Shown here piece by piece: positions 12,547-26,170 of a stretch of 64,000 nucleotides of DNA. The position numbers were made by a program, and so were the translations under genes. The stretch covers positions 91,346,099 through 91,410,098 of the forward strand of contig NC_068988.1 in the NCBI RefSeq assembly GCF_001194135.2, written 5' to 3'. How positions within the stretch are numbered: the stretch's first letter is position 1; the number at the start of each line of letters is the position of its first letter. The DNA comes from Octopus bimaculoides (taxonomy: Eukaryota). The notes beneath the pieces were generated by a model. The model had not been told where the DNA came from, did no database searches, and saw nothing but the letters and a program-made list of their open reading frames with translations.

Positions 12547-14869
12547 ATTTATAAATGTATATGTGTTTGTATGTATGTTTATCTATATATTCATGTATTT
12601 ATTTATTCATTTATATATTATAATGTAGAGCCGCTTGTTACATGGGTCTTTACTTAGAGCTTGTAAGAATATCATTTTCTACTCCAAACCGAAACACTTA
12701 CTGTGTGAACTTCTTGACCAATATCTGTTCATTTACATACATACATTACATACATACATACATACATACGCATGCACACACACACACGCGCACGCACGCA
12801 CACACACACACACACTCATACATACATACATACATACTTACTTGTGTGTTATTTACATTTACGCTTTATTATTTGCAATTTCAGTATGGCAATGAATTAA
12901 CATAAGATACCATTGTCAAGTAATCCGAAATTTATATTCAGTAATGCTTATATCAAATAAACGAACAGACGACGAAAAAGAAAAAAAAGACAATGTTTTA
13001 AATTAAGTTATTACTTATAACATGGAAAATACCATTTCACTTGTTCTGTTTCTATTGTGAAGCTCAACAGAATCCTGAAAAACTAGTGCTCTGAGCTCCT
13101 ACTGAAGTTGACCTTTGAAAAGTTACCTTAATGGCTTTCCATAGAAATATTTTCATCAGCGCGGCAATTTCAACATAGTTTCTTTGTGCAGCAGACGACA
13201 GTTATAGCTGTCGATACAAATTTAGAAAGTTTCAGCGCTGCGCTCAAAATCTTTTATTAATTTATATTTTTTTTCTCTATTTTAGGCATACATGTCTATT
13301 ATTTAAAATAATAACATTCTACAAATTTTAGATTAATATTTCACAAACTTTAAATCAGTAGAGGAATTTATTTCTAACGTCAGTTCTTCTGAACCTGAGT
13401 CCGAAACGACAGTTCTTTTCATTTCAAAGTTACTTTAACTTGTCAGTATTCAAAATAACCCTATTCTAATATTTTTGTTTGTTTTATGTTGATCTAAGAA
13501 TACATTTTGTAGAGTAAATACTATATTCTGACATTAAAAAAGAAAGAAATGGAAAGAAAAAATGGTACAGAAAACTTCATTAAAACACTGGAAAAGTTAG
13601 ACACAAGAGCAAGAAAGTATGTGAAATTTAGCTGTCCACCTTTGATTGTGTGCTGAGAACATTAACGCTGTACAGTTGATGAAATTGTAAAGATAAATTG
13701 CATTTAATAGCCTCCATTCGGCGTTTAATAGTTTAATGTTCAATGTTGGATGCAGGATGTTTGTGTTCGGTGTCAGATACAAGTTTATGTTCTGGTGGTC
13801 CAATGAGTTGAATAAAGCGTGGAATCACAGCCCATTAAACAATGCTAAACGCTTGATTAACTAATAAAACAAGCCTTTCAAATGTTAGTTCGTTGCACCG
13901 TATCCGGGCTCTTGGAAGCGAATATCTTGGCTGGTTTCTTGCTTTCTTTACAACATTATGTACCATGTGGATGTGGGGATTTTCCATTCTTATTCAAGGA
14001 TTTATTCTTTGTCCTTCACAAAACTATTACGATAGACAAAGAAAATAAACCTGAAAGAATTGTTCTGGAAATCAAATTGTAATAAAAACCAGATTGCATA
14101 ATCTTACTTCCTGATAAAATCAATCTCTGGAGCAAAAAGTATATATAAAAAAATGAATATAACATATTCCGGTCATTCTTAGTCACAACAGAGATATCAG
14201 AGCTCATGCTAAATGAATAACACCAAAGGTGTTTGTGTCATTTTGATAACTGAAACCCTTAAACAGTTTGCAACTTTCTTTTGTAAGTTAACGGAAAGGA
14301 ATTAAAAAGAAGTGTTGTGGAAAACTTGTCTTAGAATTCTCTCTCTCGAAACCTCCTCCCAGTGATGAGGGCAGTCTCAACTGTGACGACAATTGTAATT
14401 AACTCCACAAAATAGCGAAAATAATAAAAGGCAGGGACGACAAGATATTTTCCATTAACAGCAACTGATGCAAAGTGAAGAAAAACCACATTAATTTTGC
14501 AACAACCACATCAAGCAAGAAACAGCAACCACAGTTACAGCCACAAAAGCAACCACACTCATAATCAACCAACAAAACTACCACAATTTCAACTGTAAAA
14601 GAAAAACAAAAAAACTTGATAACCAACAAAACAGCATGTAAATGGACAACAAAAGTTATTAGAGATGAACCTGCGGTTTTCATCAACTACGGCATTTATA
14701 AATCCATAAAAAAAAAAAGGAAGAAAAATCCTAGAAAAATATTTTGAAAATAACACTCTGAACAACCGTAGAAAAGCTATCACTGAACACTGGTGTCAGA
14801 CCTCGAAAGAGAGGAAAACACTGTTTATTATTTAATTCTATAAAACCTGCTGGACGATAGAATCAATAG

Positions 14870-15565
14870 AGCAGCAAGCTAAATACGTTACAGTATTTAG
14901 ACGTGTCTTTTTACGTTCTGAGTTCGAATCATGCTACGGTCATCTTCAGTTTTTAACTCTTCCGGGGTCGATAAAAATGAAGTGCAGTTAAATACTGGGG
15001 GTCTTTATAATTAGTTACACATTTTTCTGAAATGTACCTGAAAATGTTTAATCTAGTGTTGGGAGTGAAATAAAACTAATATGACGACAACCAAAATATC
15101 TTGTTATATTTACCTCTTACCTAGAAATACGTCGATTTGTTAACTCTAAAACAAAATATTATTTTGTAAAAGATATGTTACGTTCTCTTTCAGATAAGCC
15201 AGTTTTTATAAAGTTCTGACGGTGTTCCTCGGCGAGCTTAAATTGTGTTTGGTGCATGAAATAGCTATATATATTATTGGCTACAAAACTTTATCTTTGC
15301 ATATTAACTTCTGCATTCCATAATTGTTTTTGTTTTCCATTGAAGTAGGACACTTATCCTATTTAAATAACATATATCCAAGAGGCATGTGGCTAACTAC
15401 AGTTGCCGCCATATTACGCATTAGTAAATTCGTTAGTACGTCACATTGAATATTTTGCGGTATTCGTTCCGGTTCTCTATGATTTGAGATCAAATCCCAC
15501 TGAGATCAACTTTGCTTTTCATCCTTTAGAGGTTGATATATAGAATACGAGTCCTGTATTGGCAT
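14870..15565 (+). mobile_element. Two decayed SINE family A copies (approx. 14870-15050 and 15365-15565)
   Basis: ttacgttctgagttcgaatc...ccggggtcgataaaaatgaagt and gatttgagatcaaatcccactgagatcaactttgcttttcatcctttagaggttgat. Confidence 0.7.
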
Positions 15566-16514
15566 CAGTTCTCTCTCTTTATGTATTTATCCATCTATCT
15601 ACCTATCTGTCTATCTATCTATCTATCTATCAATCTATCTATCAAGGGTCTATCTATCGAGAAGAAATTGGCTCTGTTCAGACGTGGAGAGGATAGGCTC
15701 TGTCAAGTTTAAAATGCCCAAGACACGCTATCTGACACGACTCCAACTGAAGGCCCAAAGAAAACTACATCACATTTTTATAGTACAACTGTATATTGCA
15801 TCTAACTCTTCAGTTCAACAGTGTTGCCACTACTTATAGGGATAAAGTGTACCATATTGTGGTACCTACTTGAATTTAAGAAGACTGAACAGTTATGTGT
15901 TTTGACGAAAGAAACAGTGCAATGATGTCACATGGAATTATCTAGCAACTAGGTAGGCTTTTTAGAGTTCTTGACTCTAAATAGTTGACTGCATTGGTCA
16001 TGGATACAGCACAATAAACTAAACTAAACTTTGGTGTCTACTTATGATTAAGTGGACCCGGCTATTGAAGGAAAACGGCTTCGCCTTAGACACAATACAA
16101 AACACTATGCTACTTTGATTGATAGATAGATTGATTGATTGATTGACTGGTTAGTTGATTGAATGGTGGATGGATGGATGGATGGATGGATGGATGGATG
16201 GGTGGGTTATTGGATGTTTGTAAGCATCCTAATTTTGGGGGGTTTATTTGAGTTCTTTTCTTTTCTTTCCATTGCAGAATTCAAACCGATCACTAAAAAG
16301 TGGCAAAATTCTTTTGTTTATATCAAGACAGCTTTTGGATTGTTGGATATGTGAATTAGCATGTGCATATATATGTACGTGTAGATAAACTCGAACTCAT
16401 TTAGTGTACATATCACTTTAGTATACAAGTGTGTTGGTTTCATTACTCTTGTTTGTGTGTGTGAAGAGGTATTCCATATGTATATATGAATGTGTGCATG
16501 TATTCAGCCTAGAT

Positions 16515-16760
16515 ATCTCAAATGGAGAATCCCTGGAATGGTTTACAAATTTTTTTCTGTATTTCTAATTGTTTGTATTTGAAGAATGTAAATCGATTCG
16601 CTCTGCTTCATTGGGGAATCCCAGCATTTCTATGATTTTATGCAAATCTATTGTTACATAACCCACTGTGTCTATGATAATAGATACTAATAGAAGTCTA
16701 TCACCTGGATATAAGAGTTGTAGATTTCTCATTAGTTCTCCATTGATGTTTTATTTCCTT
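16515..16760 (-). mobile_element. 3' fragment of an R4/Dong-like (RLE) non-LTR retrotransposon
   Basis: Minus translation ELMRNLQLLYPGDRLLLVSIIIDTVGYVTIDLHKIIEMLGF matches the C-terminus of the restriction-like endonuclease domain. Confidence 0.6.
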
Positions 16761-17399
16761 CAGTTTATGTATATGTGTATCTATGTATTAGCAATCTTTG
16801 CATCATAGTTAATGCAAATGTATCACGAAATATCACACTGACTGCACTAGTCGTCCGAAGTTAATATCTCTTATGGACGTATTGTGTTAGCATCTATTAG
16901 CATGTACTCACTGGCAACTGCATACCAAAACAAAATCCGTCGTCACTGATATAGAAAAACAATGATTGAAAAATCACTGAAGTTGCAATTAGGCGGCCGG
17001 TTGGGTAAAAATTCGTCATGTGCATCAGAAGTAGTATTAGATTAAATTAGCAATCAGTGTATCATACTTAATGAAAATTCATCAAGGAAAGTACTCGTTT
17101 GGAGATAATATCTCTTATGGGTGCACTGTGTTAAATATGCATTTATGCATGAATGCAAGTGTGTATTTGTGTGTGTGTTTCTGGTTTAATTTTTTTGAAA
17201 GAGCTGGTTTCTAGCCTAGAAAAAGGCTCTTTCACTGGAATATTACATGACGTCAACAGGGTAATTTTGATAGTACGTGTGTATGTATGTATGTATGTAT
17301 GTATGTATGTATGTATGTGTGCATGTATGCGTACACACATGGGTGCAGGCATAGATATAATTGCATGTGCGTATCGTGTTATATGCTAAATCCCTTGAA

Positions 17400-18200
17400 T
17401 TGCTTTATATACTTGAACAATGGCTGTGATAATTTGTAACTGTAACCTTCTGATTGAACGTGTCTTTATTGGCTTGTGAAACCCAGCTTCTCACGATTAG
17501 TTTTGAGACAGTAAGTCACGTAATCAAATGCTGTAATAATTATAGGTAGAAACCTAAAGGCTTCGTCTCAAAAGAGTGCATTTCTCTTCAGTTTGGCGAA
17601 GATATTTTTCTTTTGCACTAATCCTAAACATTATATTAACATCTGCCGGGTAACTAACTGACTTCAAATTCTGTGCATAGTTACTTTTCTCCATCCCAGA
17701 TCTTTACATCTAGTTTCTTGCACTGAAACCTTGACAAAAACATTCCACCAGAATTCGTTCATATTAAGCATGATAAATACCACCACACTACTGTAGCTTA
17801 TTATATCTGTATCCTCAGGATTATCCTTTCTACGGATGTCGTTATATAATGTTCTAGCAAAGACATCATGTTTCATAAATATGTAATGTCTTGATGACAT
17901 TTTCGGCCAACCACTTGATGTAGGTAACCTTCTTAGTGTTATTCAACTGAGTCTGTGCCGGTTATCGCTTCTAGGGAGTTTACCAGCGTCCTTATCTGTT
18001 TTGTTCATCAGGCATTGTTACAGCTTCCTGTTCTTGTATTGTAAACGCTTATCGTTCAAAGTGAGAGCTAATATTCCAGTTTTATTCCAGAATATATTAC
18101 TCTAGTTATGTATGTTGCTAGCATTTCAAAGCTTTTTGGAAATATTGAAAAGCATGACCGTTTGCTAATATGTACACCTACTTTCTTCTGGTGACCTGTT
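17400..18200 (-). mobile_element. Decayed R4/Dong-like LINE: end of RT, CCHC region and RLE endonuclease
   Basis: Frameshifted pieces SHFER*AFTIQEQE, LMNKTDKDAGK, PKMSSRHYIFMKHDVFARTLYNDIRRKDNPE, EFWWNV, SVSYPADVNI, RFLPIIITAFDYVTYCLKTNREKLGF occur in the expected order. Confidence 0.75.
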
Positions 18201-18249
18201 ACGGTAGAGTTTTATTCGTTAAACACACAGTCATGCAACCCTTTTTCAC

Positions 18250-20050
18250 CGTTTAATGCTTATCAGAAAGAAAATGATACGAAACGAGCATTTCATTCAT
18301 AGCTTCCGAGAGAATCTTGGGAAAATTGATTCTTCACTCATTTAATTTTTCAACAGAGATATGTAAACAAATAAGTATTTAATATCAGATTTCATTTGAC
18401 TTTGAGTCTTAACTCATAAAATGCTGGCTGATGCCATAACATAGCTGCAAGCTGGTATCGCGCAATGGTATAAGCTTTTAACCAACTCTTCCAGAGCAGG
18501 AAACCTTGGGGCCCAACCAGAATCCGAAATAGTATCTTGTTTTTAAAATATATAGTAGTACTATAATGCTGGTGACAAATATTTTTTACTACATCTTGCT
18601 TAATAAAATATTATTTATGTTTATTTTCATTATTGTCCCTGTGTGACGTTTTTTTTTTTTTAGATATATTGTAAGATACATTGTACTCTAGACTATGTTA
18701 TCAAATCCCTAGTAGGTTGACAGTGTCACTATTTGGGTAGTTCCAGCTAGATTACTTCGTTGAGGCAGTGCATTTACCAAACGTAGGTCATTGTCTTGCA
18801 TAGATACACCTCTAGTTTGCTTCGTGATGTTACTTGCTTGTTGAAACTCATCCGTTCTTTTCTCTGCTTCATATCTTGTACTAGTCGCGTTACATTTTTA
18901 TATATTACCTTTAGTAAATATATTACCTTTAGTAAATATATTACCTTCAGTCCAAAAACCATGAAGTCACTTCAGCACTGTATCAGTCATTTGTACAAGA
19001 AGTTTGTAAATTAAGGTGCTATTGCGAGAAAACATCTGATGCAATAGCTGTCTCCATGAATTCTCGTGTTGCAATTTCAAAGCAAAGAATTAACTAAAAA
19101 TTGATGCTATGTAACACTTGTTGGAATTCCAGCTAAATTTTCCAGCAAGTGAAGGATCCAATTTCATCTTCACTTGCAGTGTCTCATGGACTACTTTCAT
19201 ACATCTTGACTAGAAACTATTCCAGAGCCGAAAATATATTCTTTATGTTTTCCATAGGGACTTTTCTGCAAGGTTGTCTCTTGTCAGAGAGCTTTTTCGG
19301 TTCTTCATCATACGATCCAGTGTAGAATGAACAGTTGAGCTCTGATGGATGAAGCTTACCGCTTGAAATGAAACTTTATAACATTTCTACTTCATTGAAG
19401 AATGTGACAAAATAACAACTTGATTTTATGCAATACGCACAAAGTTCAAGCAGTGAACATATAAAGCTGTTTCTCAATGCGAAGAAGAATCCTCAAGTGA
19501 AGATCCTTGTACGATCAAACAATGTTGACAGATCTATCATAGCCCTAACCCCTCGTATTTTCTCTCTGTAAGCCACTTCTTTCAAAAGAAAAGGAGATGA
19601 GGACAAGGTTATCTCTTCCAGCTTTTCAGCTGCTGTAGACTTTATATCACACTTCAATGAAACTTTCACATACATACCGTATGCAAAGACAAGCCTGCCC
19701 AATGAAGGGAGACATCTGTACCTTCATGCAGAAGAAATGCTACGTTGATTTTATTTGTTATCGATTTTCTCATATAAGTAGCCAAAGACTTGGTTATATC
19801 CTTCTGAGTACAATCTGAGAGTATTGACATCTGCGATTTCTTTTAATATGCGATGCACTTGATGGTTCTCAGCAATACGGTTATATTTGGCAAAGAGGTG
19901 GACCAAATCAAAGAAGTTCCCAATGTTTAATCTCCTTTGATATTCCTGTAATTGTGAAGAAAATAAGAAAAAAGAAATAGCAAAATAGCAAAAATAATGA
20001 AGTATGTCCTCTTGCAAACTTACAAAAACATCAGTCACAAATATAACCAT
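18250..20050 (-). mobile_element. Decayed hAT transposase (ZMYM1/DUF4371-like), most of the coding length
   Basis: Collinear motifs NIGNFFDLVHLFAKYN, FLLHEGTDVS (DE.TD.S), RG.GYDRSVN (RGQGYDG), ALYVHCLN, then FPALEELVK..VKTQSQM in the dimerisation region. Internal 18-bp triplication at about 18899-18950. Confidence 0.7.
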
Positions 20051-20908
20051 TTGTAACGATGTTTTTCTGAATTTCCTAAAGTTTATATATCTGCGATACG
20101 CTGTTGACATTACAGTTTGCTTTATGATGATAATGTCGGAAAAAGGTTTAACGTTTCTTTTATTGTTAGGGAGATGTATATTTATACGTTGTGTGTGTGT
20201 GTGTGTGTGTGTGCGTATGTGTGTGTGTGCGTATGTGTGTGTGTGTCTGCGTATGTGTGTGTGTGTGCGTGCGCGAGCGCGCGTGTGTGTGTGTGTGTGC
20301 GTGTGTTTAAGTTGAAAATACACTGGGAGTTTTTTAGATGGTTTATTTTTAAAGACAACCGGTTTTGGTGTGTTTATGTCACGTAACTTAACGGTTCGAC
20401 ATCAGTCACCGATGGAATGAAATAACTTTCTTTCCTATATATATATATATANNNNNNNNNNNNNNNNNNNNNNNNNNNNNNNNNNNNNNNNNNNNNNNNN
20501 NNNNNNNNNNNNNNNNNNNNNNNNNNNNNNNNNNNNNNNNNNNNNNNNNNNNNNNNNNNNNNNNNNNNNNNNNNNNNNNNNNNNNNNNNNNNNNNNNNNN
20601 NNNNNNNNNNNNNNNNNNNNNNNNNNNNNNNNNNNNNNNNNNNNNNNNNNNNNNNNNNNNNNNNNNNNNNNNNNNNNNNNNNNNNNNNNNNNNNNNNNNN
20701 NNNNNNNNNNNNNNNNNNNNNNNNNNNNNNNNNNNNNNNNNNNNNNNNNNNNNNNNNNNNNNNNNNNNNNNNNNNNNNNNNNNNNNNNNNNNNNNNNNNN
20801 NNNNNNNNNNNNNNACACACACACACACACACATGCATGTATATATTGTATGTGATGCACCTATCTTATCATAAAATGATAAATTCATACTCTATTAAAC
20901 ATATTTCA

Positions 20909-21294
20909 GTGGAGGTGCAATGGCCCAGTGGTTAGGGCAGCGGACTCGTGGTCATAGGATCGCTGTTTCGATTCCCAGACCGGGCGTTGTGAGTGTTTAT
21001 TGAGCGAAAACACCTAAAGCTCCACGAGGCTCCAGCAGGGGATGGTGGCGAACCCTGCTGTACTCTTTCAACTTTCTCTCACTCTCACTCTTCCTGTTTC
21101 TGTTGTACCTGTAATTCAAAGGGCCAGCCTTGTCCCACTGTGTCACGCTGAATATCCCTCCTGAGAACTACGTTAAGGGTACACGTGTCTGTGGAGTGCT
21201 CAGCCACTTGCATGCTAATTTCACGAGCAGGCTGTTCCGTTGATCGGATCAACTGGAACCCTCGACGTCGTAAGCGACGGAGTAACAACAACAA
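20909..21294 (+). mobile_element. Full-length SINE family B copy with tRNA-like head
   Basis: Head ggaggtgcaatggcccagtggttagggcagcggactcgtggtcataggatcgctgtttcgattcccagacc with A and B boxes; body shared with copies at 1 and 59052; (CAA)n tail. Confidence 0.92.
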
Positions 21295-22376
21295 GGTTGG
21301 TATATATGACTATCTATCTAGCTAGCTAGCTATCTGTTCGTGTGCGTGTGTATTTTAACCCAGATCTAGCCGAAACTTCAGCCACTCTTAGTGATGTCGA
21401 GAACTATGGAGAAAATTCAGAAGATGATGAGTGATTAAAAAAAATATATATTACCATGTGACCTTATTAGTTTGAATAGTATTGTTCTGTTTTTACCATC
21501 ACACAGCTTCGGCTTCCTCTAACGAGAAATTAATTTTCCGCTTCGCTGTTTCTAGTGTTGTAACGTGAGCTCAAGTCGGTTTCGAACCGGAAGGCAATCT
21601 TCTGTATTGAAGCAAGCAGTTTGATGTGTCGGTGACAAATACTCCTGCTGCTTTATTGAATGAAAAGTGTGTAAAAGTGACAAGATATACAAACAGTAAA
21701 CGTGTTTGGTGTTTTTCTTACTGCTTCGTCTCTTAACTTCTTAATTCACAAGGGTATGAAAGGTTGCCAAAAAACCAATTTTTTGTCCACACAATAACGA
21801 CCGTGGAAACATATGCAAACATCAACACGTTTCTATCCCGGAGTTTAAATTGAGAAATTATATACTTGTAAAGACAATATACTGAACTGTAACCAGACAA
21901 AAACAACGGGCAACACTAATAAAGGATCTAGACGTTACAGAAACAATAAATATATACATGATACGGATGTTGGTGGGATGTCATATGACGTGAAAGGTGG
22001 ATGTGAAGTTAATGCTTCGTCAGCCGTGTCTTGTAACTGGTGCCTTACCAGCTGAATGGAGACCTCCTACCGAGAAATGGCTCTCGAGTTCACAGGTATA
22101 AAACGCGAGTTGCAATCAGCCGGTGGAAGTTTGTGTGGGGGAGCACCGTCATTTAGATGTCATTACTCACGTGACATCTAATGGGTGGGGGACATGAAAG
22201 AAATAAGCCCCTACCACTAGCAACTGGATAACTGGACACGTGAATCATTACACTCTCTATAATTTGGCCAACGCTTCTATTTATTTATTCATTCATTCAT
22301 TTATTAATGCTGGAAAGACTTTACCATGGTTCTTCGTCATTTGAAATGCAAGAAAACGATATTCGTCGGTATATCA

Positions 22377-22415
<39 letters not shown>

Positions 22416-22772
22416 ATGTGTATGCATAGCCGTGCACATATACGTGGGAGTGGTGTCTGTATAGTAATTAGCTATGCATGTATTATGCATGTATACGTTA
22501 TGTATGAATTTATTTACACGCAAGTATCTAACTATACGCATGTACTTGCGCAACATGTTTAATATCTAATATATCTACCAGTAAAATGGGTGAAAAAGAA
22601 TGAGAAAAATAAGCAGCTCAGAAATGCCCACCACCGTCTACCTCACCTCACCAACACCTTCGTGAAAGAAGCGGATGGTAATAAGGGTGAATATAAGATA
22701 TGTGACCTACTGTATTTATCACTATTGATGGGACTTTATATTGATAGATAGATAGATAGATAGATAGATAAT

Positions 22773-22808
<36 letters not shown>

Positions 22809-22844
22809 CGGATAGATAGAGAGATAGAGAGAGAGAGAGATAAT

Positions 22845-22906
<62 letters not shown>

Positions 22907-23946
22907 CATTTCTTTTATTAGCCACACAGGGCTCAACGAAGATGGGACAAATACAATGTNNNNNNNNNNNNNNNNNNNNNNNNNNNNNNNNNNNNNNNNN
23001 NNNNNNNNNNNNNNNNNNNNNNNNNNNNNNNNNNNNNNNNNNNNNNNNNNNNNNNNNNNNNNNNNNNNNNNNNNNNNNNNNNNNNNNNNNNNNNNNNNNN
23101 NNNNNNNNNNNNNNNNNNNNNNNNNNNNNNNNNNNNNNNNNNNNNNNNNNNNNNNNNNNNNNNNNNNNNNNNNNNNNNNNNNNNNNNNNNNNNNNNNNNN
23201 NNNNNNNNNNNNNNNNNNNNNNNNNNNNNNNNNNNNNNNNNNNNNNNNNNNNNNNNNNNNNNNNNNNNNNNNNNNNNNNNNNNNNNNNNNNNNNNNNNNN
23301 NNNNNNNNNNNNNNNNNNNNNNNNNNNNNNNNNNNNNNNNNNNNNNNNNNNNNNNNNNNNNNNNNNNNNNNNNNNNNNNNNNNNNNNNNNNNNNNNNNNN
23401 NNNNNNNNNNNNNNNNNNNNNNNNNNNNNNNNNNNNNNNNNNNNNNNNNNNNNNNNNNNNNNNNNNNNNNNNNNNNNNNNNNNNNNNNNNNNNNNNNNNN
23501 NNNNNNNNNNNNNNNNNNNNNNNNNNNNNNNNNNNNNNNNNNNNNNNNNNNNNNNNNNNNNNNNNNNNNNNNNNNNNNNNNNNNNNNNNNNNNNNNNNNN
23601 NNNNNNNNNNNNNNNNNNNNNNNNNNNNNNNNNNNNNNNNNNNNNNNNNNNNNNNNNNNNNNNNNNNNNNNNNNNNNNNNNNNNNNNNNNNNNNNNNNNN
23701 NNNNNNNNNNNNNNNNNNNNNNNNNNNNNNNNNNNNNNNNNNNNNNNNNNNNNNNNNNNNNNNNNNNNNNNNNNNNNNNNNNNNNNNNNNNNNNNNNNNN
23801 NNNNNNNNNNNNNNNNNNNNNNNNNNNNNNNNNNNNNNNNNNNNNNNNNNNNNNNNNNNNNNNNNNNNNNNNNNNNNNNNCACACCTCCAGTCACCAAAA
23901 TGACGACCCATTCACCAATATTGACACACTGACAAAGTCACGTGCT

Positions 23947-24018
<72 letters not shown>

Positions 24019-25069
24019 CCTCCTTCTCTCTCTCCCCTCTCTCTTTCTCTCTCACTCTCCCCCTCATATCAACATACTCTCTTCCACTTCAACGTGGCAC
24101 GTGTTATTGCTACGATTATGGTTGCTGTTGCTGTAATCCCGGCCATTACTGCCGCTGATGCTGTTAACGCTGTTCTTAGGGCTGTTGATGTTGCTGCTGT
24201 TATTAATGATTTTGGTACTGTTGCGGCTGTCACTGTGGTTGTTGGTGTTGGTGTTGGTGTTGTTGTTGTTGTTATTATGACCGTGAGCCTGGCAAGTTTC
24301 GCTTGACCTCGTTCCGTGGATTTTATAAGAAAAAGCACATAATAGTGTATCTGCACCCTTCAAATTTATACCATCGTGGACAACAGGTTAATTGCTGTCG
24401 AGTGGTGAGTTTATTTTCCTGTTTTGTAAGGTCAATTGATTTTGCTTTTAATCATAGTTGTTTGCGTTTTCGGATCTGTTCAGTTTCGATCACAGATTTT
24501 TATTATTATTTTTTTTTTAAACTAAACAGTTTGAAACTTTCGTATGCTGATGTAATTTCTCACACTGAACACGGTTTACTATCGATATTTTTGACAAAAT
24601 TTCGTATTTTAGAAGTTATTTCGTGTTAAAGTTGTCGTATTTGGGTAATTTTAACCAATCAACGACGTGTATTCAGCTGAAAAAAATGACTGCTGTTTGC
24701 GATGGTAATCGAAAAGGAACAACTTCCGGGCCATCTCTTCTAAATGTCACCACTCTGTTCTATTTTATGTCTGTTTACTGCCTGTGTTGCATATTACACG
24801 CTTTTTTTTTTCTTTGGTTCTCGCGTCGGAGTAACCAGTAAACATCGGAGAATTAACTAAAAAGGGAGAAATATTATTTACTTATATTTATTCGTTTACC
24901 TGACATGTTGCTAGAGATACAGTAGTAATTGTAGTGGCAGTGACAAATTCGTTCGCTGTCTAGTAGTTGATAGTGTAGAAGTAGTTACCTGCCAGTAGAG
25001 AGGGAAAGAGTAAGGATTGCATGGTGTTGACTAGAAAGAGTCACAGAGGCTCAAATACAAAAAACTGTA

Positions 25070-25450
25070 GGTTCCGTCTGGAATCTAACAGAATGTATAC
25101 AGAGAGGAAGGGCCTATAGAATAGTGGACGTTCAATTCTGCACCGAGGAAGAAGCCAAACATCACTCTCTGAATCCCCTAAAAAGCTAGGAGCAGTTAGT
25201 TGTTAGTTCCTTTCTACTGCGGCCAGAGACTGGCCAAAGTCATTCAACAGGTACGCCAGCAAAAGCCATTCCTTGGCTAATTGCTGCACTGACGATAGAC
25301 ATCGAGGAAAACTCGAAAATCCTCGAAGCCTACCAGACCAAAAAGGAGATCTGGTCTGGGATGACCATAGAACTCTTCATACAAACGACACAAAAGAATG
25401 TAGATCGCATCCTAGACCAGATACTTCTTCCTGGAGGAAGCATAATTCAG
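25070..25450 (+). mobile_element. Tx1/L1-type ORF1 (gag-like) fragment
   Basis: IQRGRAYRIVDVQFCTEEEAKHHSLNPLK..WLIAAL..EENSKILEAYQT..WSGMTIELFIQTT aligns by eye with INRGRKYGTVEVRF..HSVTPLK..WLGDAI..EEKVVVLQA..WQGQGFELLIQAT of the ORF at 42231-42803. Confidence 0.7.
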
Positions 25451-26034
25451 CGTAGATGATGTATATTCGATATGGTTTCAGACAATGTAGTATAATATAG
25501 TGTATTAGATGTAGCACATTAGATGAAGCGCAATGTTATTTTTGTTACTTAACCCCAGGTTTAGTTCAAGCAGACCATGATCGAAGGCATTCAAACCATG
25601 TTCATCTATTTTGTTTTTACTTCGATTTATATTACTCAACGTGCTCCTTTCTTTTTAAGTCACGGTAGAGTGATTCGAAAAGGAGTCGGTGTCCTCATTG
25701 ACTTGTTGTTGTTGAGGTTGTTGCTTAGCCTCAAGACAGTCCTGATCAAGAATACCTATCATAAAAGGCATTCCGAGGCGGGGGGGTCTTACTACTGCAG
25801 ACTTCGTCGGTAGTTTGCTGTAGTACAATGTAATGCTGTTGTTGTTGTTGTTGTTGTTGTTAGAGGTGGTGGTGGTGGGTGCTGCTGTTGCTGCTGCTGC
25901 TGCTGCTGTGGTAGTGATGGTGGTGGTAGCGCTGTTGTTCTTATATTTTGTACTTTTCTTGTTCTTGTTATGTGAGCATTCCTATGTCACGCAGATAGTA
26001 GTTGTGTTGCCAGCGCCAAGCCAGCTCTGATCAA

Positions 26035-26170
26035 GCAGTCCTGTAGCAAGCATATAGTTATTGTGCTGTCCCAGGTGAGCACTACCGAGTAGTCCGATGG
26101 GAAGCAAATAGTTATTGTGCTGTCCTAGGTTAGCTCAGCCGAGAAGTCCTATAGCAAGCATGTAGTTGAT
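26035..26170. repeat. Degenerate 54-bp tandem repeat, about 2.5 units
   Basis: tagttattgtgctgtcc at 26055 and 26109; a third partial unit starts at 26163. Confidence 0.75.

Noticed and set aside
13010-14800. Possible hAT C-terminus (13010-13260, minus) and LINE ORF1-like text (FINYGIYKS.., about 14680-14800)
   Set aside because: No diagnostic motif could be confirmed by eye; needs TBLASTN.
19679-19945. Strong-looking acceptor (polypyrimidine-CAG at 19946) and donor (G/GTATGT at 19678) on the minus strand defining a 267-nt exon
   Set aside because: It lies inside the decayed hAT and contains an in-frame stop; exonisation cannot be supported without RNA data.
20911-20985. tRNA-like cloverleaf
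   Set aside because: It is the head of SINE family B, continuous with the SINE body, not a tRNA gene.
22153-22182. 9-bp inverted arms tagatgtca/tgacatcta with a 9-nt spacer (recombinase-site-like)
   Set aside because: Arms of this length are expected by chance in a window of this size.
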